Source of the DNA: an uncultured Bacteroidales bacterium
GTDB taxonomy: Bacteria > Bacteroidota > Bacteroidia > Bacteroidales > FEN-979
DNA length: 64,000 bases
Direction of reading: 5' to 3'
NCBI GenBank assembly: GCA_903828645.1
Contig: CAIKNA010000127.1
Location: 7,855 to 71,854, forward strand
The first letter of the stretch is position 1. The number at the start of each line of letters is the position of its first letter. The position numbers and the translations under genes were made by a program. The notes under the pieces are model-generated. The model did no database searches. It saw only the letters and a program-made list of their open reading frames with translations, and had not been told where the DNA came from. Positions 57,690 to 64,000 of the stretch are shown one piece after another.

Positions 57690-57695
57690 CCCCCC

Positions 57696-59852
57696 ATGCG
57701 CACCCCCTCCCGCCTCCTCCTGCTCTTCCTCCTTCTTCCGTTCATCGGATTTGCCCAAACACGCCTCCTTACGGTTGAAGAGGCGACCGGCATGAACCCG
57801 AAACTCAATGCCGCATCCCTGGGCCAGCTCCAGTGGCGGTCGGCCGGCCAGTATGTCTATGTGGTCAAAAACTGCCTGGTGGGTGGAACCCCGGGCAAAA
57901 CAGTACGCGACACGCTCGTGCGGCTTTATGAGCTGAACGTTTTAATGAAAATCGACCACCAGGATACCCTGAAACGGTTCCCGGCTGTCACATTTCTAAA
58001 TGCCGGCCAGTTTTACTTTACCAGCGCCAACAAGCTTTTCCTGTGCGACATCATGAAGAATTCGGTCACGGTGGAAAATTCATGGCCCGAAAAAACAGAA
58101 AACCTGGATATCGACAAGAGCGGAAAACTCGTCGCCTACACCCTGAAGAACAACCTCTATATTTCAAAGGGAGGCAGGGAGACCGCGGTTTCCGATGAAA
58201 AAAACCCGGGAATTGTCTACGGGTCAAACAGGGTCCATCGCAATGAATTCGGCATCGATAAGGGAACCTTCTGGTCGCCCGACGGGCAGCAACTGGCATT
58301 TTACCGCATGGACGAAACCATGGTGGCCGATTATCCGCTGGTCGACATCACCCCGCGGATTGCGGCGGTCAACCCGACCAAATACCCGATGGCAGGCATG
58401 ACCAGCCACAAGGTGACGGTGGGGGTGTACGATCGCAGCAGCGGAAAAACAACCTACCTGCAAACCGCATCATCCCCTTCCGTGGATTCAGCCCTGCGCA
58501 CCGAGTACCTGACCAACATCACCTGGAGCCCCGACGGGAAGTTCATCTACATCGCCACCCTCAACCGCGACCAGAATTTCATGCAGCTGAACAGATACGA
58601 GGCGGCTACCGGGAAGTTCATCAGGACCCTTTTCGAAGAACAAAATAAAACCTATGTGGAACCCCTCCAGGGTCCGAAATTCCTGGCGGGCGATCCGGGG
58701 AAGTTCATCTGGGAAAGCCGGCGCGACGGTTTCAACCACCTCTATTTGTACGATACCGATGGAAACCTGATCAGGCAGCTCACCAAAGGTCCATGGGAGG
58801 TTACCGAACTGCTGAAATCCGACGGTCCCTTGTCTAAAGCCTGGTTCCTTTGCAACAAAGACAACCCCCTCGGCCGCCAGTTGTACCAGGCCGACCTGAA
58901 AAACGGGAACCTCACCGGCATCACAAAAATGCCGGGAAGCCATATTGCGAAAATTTCAGAAGATGGAGCCTGCATCCTCGACACTTATTCCAGTACTTCT
59001 GTGGCCCGGCAAACCGACCTCCTCGATTCAAAGGGGATCCCCCTGCAAACGCTGCTTGCCAATGACAATCCGCTGAAGGATTTCAACCTTGGAGAAACGA
59101 CGATCTTCACCCTTAAAAGTGAAGACAACTCCGACCTTTACTGCCGTTTGATCAAACCTGCCGGCTTTGATCCTGCAAAACGGTACCCGGTGATCATTTA
59201 TGTATACGGCGGCCCTCATTCACAGCTCATTACCGATACCTGGCTCGGGGGCGCCGGGCTGTTTCTGAATTACCTGGCCGACCTCGGCTATGTTGTTTTC
59301 ACCCTCGATAATCGCGGAACATCTTACCGCGGTCGCGACTTCGAACAGGCCATCTTCCGCAACCTGGGAGTTAAAGAGGTATCAGACCAGATGGCCGGGG
59401 TGAATTACCTGAAATCGCTGGCGTTTGTCGATTCCACCCGGATCGGCATCAACGGGTGGAGCTATGGCGGCTTCATGACCATCTCGATGTTCCTGAAACA
59501 TCCCGGTACTTTTAAAGTGGCCGTTTGCGGCGGACCGGTGATCGACTGGAAATATTACGAGGTGATGTATGGCGAGCGTTACATGGATACTCCCGAAAGC
59601 AATCCCGCGGGATATAAAAACGCCTGCCTGCTCAATTATGTAAAAGACCTCAAGGGCAAACTCCTCATCATCCAGGACGACCAGGATGGCACCGTGGTTC
59701 CGCAAAATTCATTCTCTTTCCTAAAAAAGTGTGTGGATGAAGGCAAACAGGTTGATTTCTTCATGTACCCGGGTCATGAACACAACGTGCGCGGGAAAGA
59801 CCGCGTGCACCTGAACCAGAAGATGACGCTTTATTTTCAGGAGAACCTGTAG
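57696..59852 (+). CDS. Dipeptidyl peptidase IV-like S9B serine peptidase
   Basis: 718-aa ORF with a signal peptide and a DPPIV-type N-terminal propeller (FWSPDGQQLAFYRMDE). It has a C-terminal alpha/beta hydrolase domain with the GWSYGGFM nucleophile elbow and DDQDGTV / GHEHN catalytic Asp/His contexts. Confidence 0.88.
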   Translation: MRTPSRLLLLFLLLPFIGFAQTRLLTVEEATGMNPKLNAASLGQLQWRSAGQYVYVVKNCLVGGTPGKTVRDTLVRLYELNVLMKIDHQDTLKRFPAVTFLNAGQFYFTSANKLFLCDIMKNSVTVENSWPEKTENLDIDKSGKLVAYTLKNNLYISKGGRETAVSDEKNPGIVYGSNRVHRNEFGIDKGTFWSPDGQQLAFYRMDETMVADYPLVDITPRIAAVNPTKYPMAGMTSHKVTVGVYDRSSGKTTYLQTASSPSVDSALRTEYLTNITWSPDGKFIYIATLNRDQNFMQLNRYEAATGKFIRTLFEEQNKTYVEPLQGPKFLAGDPGKFIWESRRDGFNHLYLYDTDGNLIRQLTKGPWEVTELLKSDGPLSKAWFLCNKDNPLGRQLYQADLKNGNLTGITKMPGSHIAKISEDGACILDTYSSTSVARQTDLLDSKGIPLQTLLANDNPLKDFNLGETTIFTLKSEDNSDLYCRLIKPAGFDPAKRYPVIIYVYGGPHSQLITDTWLGGAGLFLNYLADLGYVVFTLDNRGTSYRGRDFEQAIFRNLGVKEVSDQMAGVNYLKSLAFVDSTRIGINGWSYGGFMTISMFLKHPGTFKVAVCGGPVIDWKYYEVMYGERYMDTPESNPAGYKNACLLNYVKDLKGKLLIIQDDQDGTVVPQNSFSFLKKCVDEGKQVDFFMYPGHEHNVRGKDRVHLNQKMTLYFQENL

Positions 59853-59908
59853 CGATTTACGATTTACGATTTACGATTTACGATTTACGATTTTAGATTT
59901 TAGATTTG
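59853..59908. repeat. Eight tandem heptads (CGATTTA x5, CGATTTT, AGATTTT, AGATTTG) starting on the base after the peptidase stop codon
   Basis: Read directly from the sequence; the array is followed by GGGG. Confidence 0.9.
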
Positions 59909-60064
59909 GGGTCAGGAAGACTGGGTGCCACATAAATACCCTTTACTCTACCACCTAACTTTATATATATCAGCCACTAACGTGTTTGTCGATGATTTTC
60001 CGGTGTTTGTCGGGGTAAAACAGCCACTTGTCGAGTTTCTTTTTATTCAATCCAAATAAGCAGG

Positions 60065-60072
60065 TACCTTTG
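60065..60072 (+). promoter_or_regulatory. -7 box TACCTTTG upstream of the small secreted repeat protein
   Basis: TAnnTTTG lies 121 nt upstream of the ATG at 60193 and 85 nt upstream of the alternative ATG at 60157. Confidence 0.35.
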
Positions 60073-60192
60073 CATCACAATAAATTAATTATCAACTATT
60101 TATTAAATTATGTCAACCACCCTACGACTGTAACATTTACATTGAGGTTGCGTCTTATGGGCACTAAAACAACAAAGATTAAATTTAAAGCA

Positions 60193-60531
60193 ATGAAAAC
60201 GATCAATATATTATCAAAGAAAACCCTTTTTGTACTTGCTGTTTTTCTCGGATTTCAATTCGCCACGACTTTCGCAGCAGTAAAATCCAGTGAACCGGTA
60301 TTATCAAATACACCGGCCGTGATAAACCTCTCAGCCCTGTTCCCGGTGACCCCCATGGTGGCCGATTTCAGCGACGGAGCTCCTTCCACGGATATCAGCC
60401 TGGTCAAGCTGGCACCGGTTACCCCGAAAGAAGCCGATTTTGAAGAGGTGACAGGAACCAAAAACACATCATCCATCCAGGACCTGGCCCCGGTTACCCC
60501 GGCAGCTGCCGACTTCGAAGACATCGCCTGA
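60193..60531 (+). CDS. Small secreted protein with three L-x-PVTP-xx-ADF-[SE]-[DE] repeats
   Basis: 112 aa from MKTINILSKKTLFVLAVFLGFQFATTFA (signal peptide). The repeats are LFPVTPMVADFSD, LAPVTPKEADFEE and LAPVTPAAADFED. Confidence 0.5.
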   Translation: MKTINILSKKTLFVLAVFLGFQFATTFAAVKSSEPVLSNTPAVINLSALFPVTPMVADFSDGAPSTDISLVKLAPVTPKEADFEEVTGTKNTSSIQDLAPVTPAAADFEDIA

Positions 60532-60551
60532 TCACTGAATTACCCCGCACT

Positions 60552-60573
60552 CTTGCTGTTGCAAAGCAGCAAG
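60552..60573. terminator. Hairpin in a convergent spacer (possible U-tract-less terminator)
   Basis: CTTGCTG (60552-60558) pairs with CAGCAAG (60567-60573) around an 8-nt loop, between the stops at 60531 and 60579. There is no flanking T-run. Confidence 0.3.
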
Positions 60574-60578
60574 GCTGC

Positions 60579-60959
60579 CTATTCGGCGTAAAACTCGCGG
60601 AGCGCGCCAAAATAGCTGATATTCCATCCTTCCGCAAAATCATCATAATCTTCGTCCGGGATATTGGTATGCAATAATTCCACGGATGTGCCCGTTCCCT
60701 TTGCATGGAGCAGGATGGTAACAATCGATTCTTCGGGCTGATCCCCGAAATACCATTGCTGAACCAGCTTTTTCCCCGGTTCAAATGCAATGTTCCTGCC
60801 TTCGATGCTGCCATCCCACAGGGAAAATTCCGATCCCGGTTCGGTTGACATCACGGCCGGTTCGCCCGTCCATAGCTGGATGGTGATGGGATTGGTGAGG
60901 GCCGTATAAACATCATCGGGTGAAGCCGGGATGTTGTAATATTTCCTGAAGTCTTTCAT
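60579..60959 (-). CDS. SRPBCC-superfamily protein (AHSA1/START-like)
   Basis: 126-aa ORF. The pattern (VYTALTNPITIQLWTGEPAVMSTEPGSEFSLWDGSIEGRNIAFEPGKKLVQQW) is typical of Aha1-domain SRPBCC proteins. Confidence 0.75.
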   Translation of the reverse strand: MKDFRKYYNIPASPDDVYTALTNPITIQLWTGEPAVMSTEPGSEFSLWDGSIEGRNIAFEPGKKLVQQWYFGDQPEESIVTILLHAKGTGTSVELLHTNIPDEDYDDFAEGWNISYFGALREFYAE

Positions 60960-60970
60960 TTTTCCTGATT

Positions 60971-61198
60971 TTATAGTTTACTGGCTGGCTGAGGCAGGTG
61001 CTGTTGCTGATTGCGCAATTCATACCGGAAGCGTGTTTCAGCCTCCTGGCTTTTATCTGCAATGAAGATGATTGTTTTTCCACCATCAAGCACTACCGGG
61101 TATTTATCAACAACCGAACCTGTAAGTAATTTCGATTGAGGGACACTTATACGCTGGTTTGTCAGGTTCATCCTGTTTGACAAAAGATCATTTTTCAT
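60971..61198 (-). CDS. Hypothetical small protein
   Basis: 75-aa ORF ending 11 nt upstream of the SRPBCC gene. I recognised no motifs. Confidence 0.3.
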   Translation of the reverse strand: MKNDLLSNRMNLTNQRISVPQSKLLTGSVVDKYPVVLDGGKTIIFIADKSQEAETRFRYELRNQQQHLPQPASKL

Positions 61199-61350
61199 GG
61201 TTTGGCTGGTTATTAACAGAGGTGAAATTTTTGCATTTATGCAACCAAGATACGCATCATTTGGCCCTTTTGCATTGCCCCGGAAAATTATTTATCAACA
61301 ATGCGTTTGTGGATTCTTCTACTGTTTTTGAGGATTGACATTTAATAAAC

Positions 61351-61420
61351 CACTAAGGCACTTAGTGCAATTAGAACCACTAAGTTTCTTAGTGATCCTG
61401 AGTGTCCTTAGTCTTAGTGG
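61351..61420. repeat. Cluster of CACTAAG / CTTAGTG inverted repeats (two 7-bp-stem hairpins plus extra half-sites)
   Basis: Hairpin 1 is CACTAAG-GCA-CTTAGTG (61351-61367). Hairpin 2 is CACTAAG-TTT-CTTAGTG (61378-61394). These are followed by CTGAGTG (61398-61404) and CTTAGT-CTTAGTG (61407-61419). Confidence 0.85.
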
Positions 61421-61503
61421 CATCCTTTTCTGAAATAATCCCGAATATTACGATTTCTGCCATAATATCCGCAGAATGAATCACCGGATCAGATAATTTG
61501 TAT

Positions 61504-61511
61504 TATTTTTG
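61504..61511 (+). promoter_or_regulatory. -7 box TATTTTTG upstream of the first PQQ-like propeller gene
   Basis: TAnnTTTG lies 84 nt upstream of the ATG at 61595, downstream of the CACTAAG cluster. Confidence 0.35.
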
Positions 61512-61594
61512 AACTTCCGATCGGAACTCATGAAACACGAAGCTATAAACCCTGGCGATCTCAAAGGGTTTTCAGAACTCAAACCAAGAAAAAA

Positions 61595-62812
61595 ATGAAC
61601 CGAATCCTTTCTTTACTTAGCCTGGCATCCCTGTTCTGCTTGTCAGCATATGCCCAGGAGACTGCCCAGTGGCGCGGTCCTGCGCGCGATGGAATTTACA
61701 ACGAAACCGGGTTGTTGAAAACATGGCCGGAAGCCGGTCCTGCCCTCTTATGGCATTTTGAGGGATTGGGTGAAGGACATGCATCGGCTGCCATTGCCGG
61801 CGACCGTGTTTATACAGCCGGGATCCTCGAGGGGATCGGCTACCTTTATTGTTTCGACCTCAACGGGAAAATGGTGTGGAAAGTCCCTTATGGGGAGGAG
61901 TGGGTTGAAAGCTGGCCCGGCGTAAGGAGCACGCCCCTTGTGACGAACGGAAAAATATACCAGTTGAGCGGCTTCGGCAAACTGGTATGCCGCAATGCGG
62001 ATAACGGGGAATTTATCTGGAGCGTGGATGTTCTGAAAGAGTATCACGGCCCGAACATCAAATGGGGCATGACCGAGAACCTGCTGATTGACGGGAATAA
62101 ACTTTTTTGCACCGTAGGCGCGGCAGAAGCCAATGTTGTCGCACTGAACCCCAATACAGGTGAGCTGATCTGGAAAAGCAGCGGGAAGGGAGAGGCAAGT
62201 GCCTACGGATCTCCCGCGCTGATCAAACTCGAAAAAAAACACATCCTTGTGACCCAGACGGCCAATTCGATCCTTGGAATCGATGCCGGAAACGGAACCC
62301 TGTTGTGGAGCATTGACCAGCCAAACAAATATTCGGTGCATGCCAATACGCCGCTTTACCATGAAGGTTATCTCTACTGCGTTTCCGGTTATGGAAAGGG
62401 CGGGGTCATGATAAAAATTTCCGAAGATGGCAGTTCTGCCAGCGAGGTATGGAGAAACACCAATATTGACAACAAGATGGGGGGCTTCGTGGTGGTGAAC
62501 GGCAAGATATTCGGGGCGGATGATGAGGGCAAAGCGTGGTACTGCCTCGACTGGAAGACCGGGAGCAACATGTTTGCCGAAAAGATTACCGGGAAGGGAA
62601 ACATCATTTATGCCGATGGCCTGCTCTACCTGTACGGCGAAAACGGGGAGGTCATGCTGGCTGAACCCCTGGCCGACTCTTTCAAAAAGGTGAGTTCATT
62701 CAAGGTTCCCTTCGGGGCCGACCAGCACTGGGCGCACCTTGTGATCGCAAAAGGCCGTCTCTATGTGCGCCACGGGACCTCCCTGATGGTTTACGATATC
62801 CGTAAAAATTAA
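61595..62812 (+). CDS. Secreted PQQ-like (BamB-type) beta-propeller repeat protein
   Basis: 405-aa ORF with a signal peptide, an AQWRGPARDGIYNETGLLKTWPEAGPALLW N-terminus, and repeated W/G-rich blade pattern. Confidence 0.75.
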   Translation: MNRILSLLSLASLFCLSAYAQETAQWRGPARDGIYNETGLLKTWPEAGPALLWHFEGLGEGHASAAIAGDRVYTAGILEGIGYLYCFDLNGKMVWKVPYGEEWVESWPGVRSTPLVTNGKIYQLSGFGKLVCRNADNGEFIWSVDVLKEYHGPNIKWGMTENLLIDGNKLFCTVGAAEANVVALNPNTGELIWKSSGKGEASAYGSPALIKLEKKHILVTQTANSILGIDAGNGTLLWSIDQPNKYSVHANTPLYHEGYLYCVSGYGKGGVMIKISEDGSSASEVWRNTNIDNKMGGFVVVNGKIFGADDEGKAWYCLDWKTGSNMFAEKITGKGNIIYADGLLYLYGENGEVMLAEPLADSFKKVSSFKVPFGADQHWAHLVIAKGRLYVRHGTSLMVYDIRKN

Positions 62813-62878
62813 TCTTACCCAAGGATGGATATCCCGGTTTTCATCCGCGATTCCAGGTTGTTTGTCAACATTATTATA

Positions 62879-64000
62879 ATGAATAATCCCATGAAAGCCA
62901 ACTTGTTCCTGACCGCAATCCTCTTCGCTGTTTCTTTTTCAGGTTTTGTCCAGACGACCGCCCAGTGGCGCGGCCCTGAAAGGAGCGGTTTTTATCCCAA
63001 TGAAACTGTTTTAAAGACCTGGCCGCCCGAAGGACCGGCACTGCTCTGGAAGGCGGAAAACATCGGGAACGGCTATGGCTCCCCAACCGTTACTGCCGAC
63101 CGGCTCTATATTGCCGGTGAAATTGACACGACCGGGTATCTTTTTGCATTTTCCCTCCAGGGAAAGTTGCTTTGGAAATCGCCATACGGAAAAGAATGGG
63201 TTGTCAGTTACCAGGGTGCCCGGTGCGCCCCCACGGTAGCCGGTGAAATGATCTACGTTTGTTCAGGACTGGGAAACCTGGCCTGCCTGGATGCCTCAAA
63301 CGGTGCAAAAATATGGTCGGTCGACATGTTGAAAGATCTGCACGGACGATTCACTTTGTTCGGCCATGCAGAATCGTCCCTGCTCGACGGCGACAAGGTT
63401 TTCCTGGTGCCCGGAGGCAAAGACACAAACGTGGTGGCGATGAACAGGTTTACCGGGAAAATAATCTGGGTCTGCAAAGGTGCAGGTGAAACCCCCGGGT
63501 ACAACGCACCATACCTGATCAGGTTACCCAGCCGCCATGTGCTGGTGACCTTCACCTCCTATTCCATGCTCGGCATCGATGCGCAAACAGGCGAACTGCT
63601 TTGGGTTCATCCCCAGGACAACATCCCCGTGGCAGAGCGCAAACCGGGCAACGGCGACACACACAGCAACACCATCTTTTATGAAAACGGGTTCATCTAC
63701 TATTTTGCCGGCGACGGCAATGGAGCAGTTAAACTAGAGCTGTCGGCCGATGGTAAAAAAATCAGCCAGGTATGGCGCAACCAGGCCATCGACAACTACA
63801 TGGGAGGGTTTGTCAAACAGGGGAACTCACTTTATTCCTGTGTTTCAGAAAAGAAACAGCTGAAATGCCTTGATGCGGGCACCGGCCTTGTAACGGATTC
63901 GCTGAAATGCGGTGCGGGTTCGATCATTTTAGCCGACAGCATGCTTTTCTACTATAACCAGAAGGGCGAAGCCATGCTGATCAACCCTGGTCACGGGAAA
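62879..64000 (+). CDS. Secreted PQQ-like beta-propeller repeat protein, paralogue of the preceding gene (3' end outside the window)
   Basis: This ORF is absent from the ORF track because it has no stop in the window. My hand translation gives MNNPMKANLFLTAILFAVSFSGFVQTTAQWRGPERSGFYPNETVLKTWPPEGPALLW..., open through 64000. Confidence 0.75.
   Translation, partial: MNNPMKANLFLTAILFAVSFSGFVQTTAQWRGPERSGFYPNETVLKTWPPEGPALLWKAENIGNGYGSPTVTADRLYIAGEIDTTGYLFAFSLQGKLLWKSPYGKEWVVSYQGARCAPTVAGEMIYVCSGLGNLACLDASNGAKIWSVDMLKDLHGRFTLFGHAESSLLDGDKVFLVPGGKDTNVVAMNRFTGKIIWVCKGAGETPGYNAPYLIRLPSRHVLVTFTSYSMLGIDAQTGELLWVHPQDNIPVAERKPGNGDTHSNTIFYENGFIYYFAGDGNGAVKLELSADGKKISQVWRNQAIDNYMGGFVKQGNSLYSCVSEKKQLKCLDAGTGLVTDSLKCGAGSIILADSMLFYYNQKGEAMLINPGHGK

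Noticed and set aside
57110-57695. Possibility that the tandem arrays are a CRISPR array.
   Set aside because: The units are 7 or 11 bp and directly abutting, with no unique spacers. CRISPR repeats are about 24-48 bp separated by spacers. No cas genes are present in the window.
1-64000. tRNA, rRNA, tmRNA, known riboswitches (SAM or cobalamin upstream of metH/ahcY), transposases, integrases and phage genes.
   Set aside because: Intergenic regions are short and none showed cloverleaf-like or conserved riboswitch cores that I could recognise by eye. The metH upstream spacer is only 29 nt. No ORF has transposase or integrase motifs. A covariance-model scan would be needed for certainty.

Overview
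This 64-kb chromosomal segment reads as a Bacteroidota (FCB-group) genome, probably from an anaerobic fermenter. It carries about 50 densely packed protein genes on both strands. I saw no rRNA, tRNA, CRISPR array, transposase or integrase. The lineage call rests on four points: four proteins with T9SS C-terminal sorting domains, a PorV-like gene, a CarboxypepD_reg/TonB-dependent-type barrel, and strong enrichment of the Bacteroidetes -7 promoter box TAnnTTTG 20-100 nt upstream of start codons.

Gene content in order:
- nucleotide-sugar genes (rfbB, galE, and an oxidoreductase/acetyltransferase/aminotransferase trio)
- elbB
- a ptb / amino-acid permease / buk string, with ptb frameshifted
- tryptophanase-like lyase, msrC-like GAF protein, mntP, queD
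- two ECF sigma modules around a PKD/T9SS cargo gene
- a TetR-controlled RND efflux system, with a separately encoded TetR-TolC pair
- a BNR propeller T9SS protein and an M14 carboxypeptidase
- selU plus a NifS-like::SelD fusion
- a TPR membrane protein, purF, a HIT protein, greA
- a 9.2-kb outer-membrane operon (1244-aa TonB-type barrel, 1458-aa T9SS-CTD protein, PorV-like protein)
- ahcY, a PPTase, metH, metF, a GGGP-synthase homologue
- an AT-rich islet with a MazF toxin-antitoxin pair and a decayed T9SS cargo gene
- a dipeptidyl peptidase IV-like S9 peptidase
- small secreted proteins and tandem PQQ-like propeller paralogues

Most unusual signals:
1. A dispersed family of 7-bp-period tandem arrays with an ATTT core sits exactly at gene ends. 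One copy is embedded in the linker of the NifS-SelD fusion.
2. A roughly 600-bp non-coding mosaic upstream of the S9 peptidase holds two different 11-bp tandem arrays (10 and 14 copies), a 26-bp perfect palindrome and a heptad array.
3. The three-gene TonB-barrel / giant CTD protein / PorV-like operon.
4. A sigma-linked protein combines an anti-sigma-like N-terminus, one TM helix and a C-terminal beta-barrel.
5. A cluster of CACTAAG/CTTAGTG inverted repeats lies in a 396-bp divergent spacer.

All functional calls come from reading the translations and motifs by eye. No database search was run.
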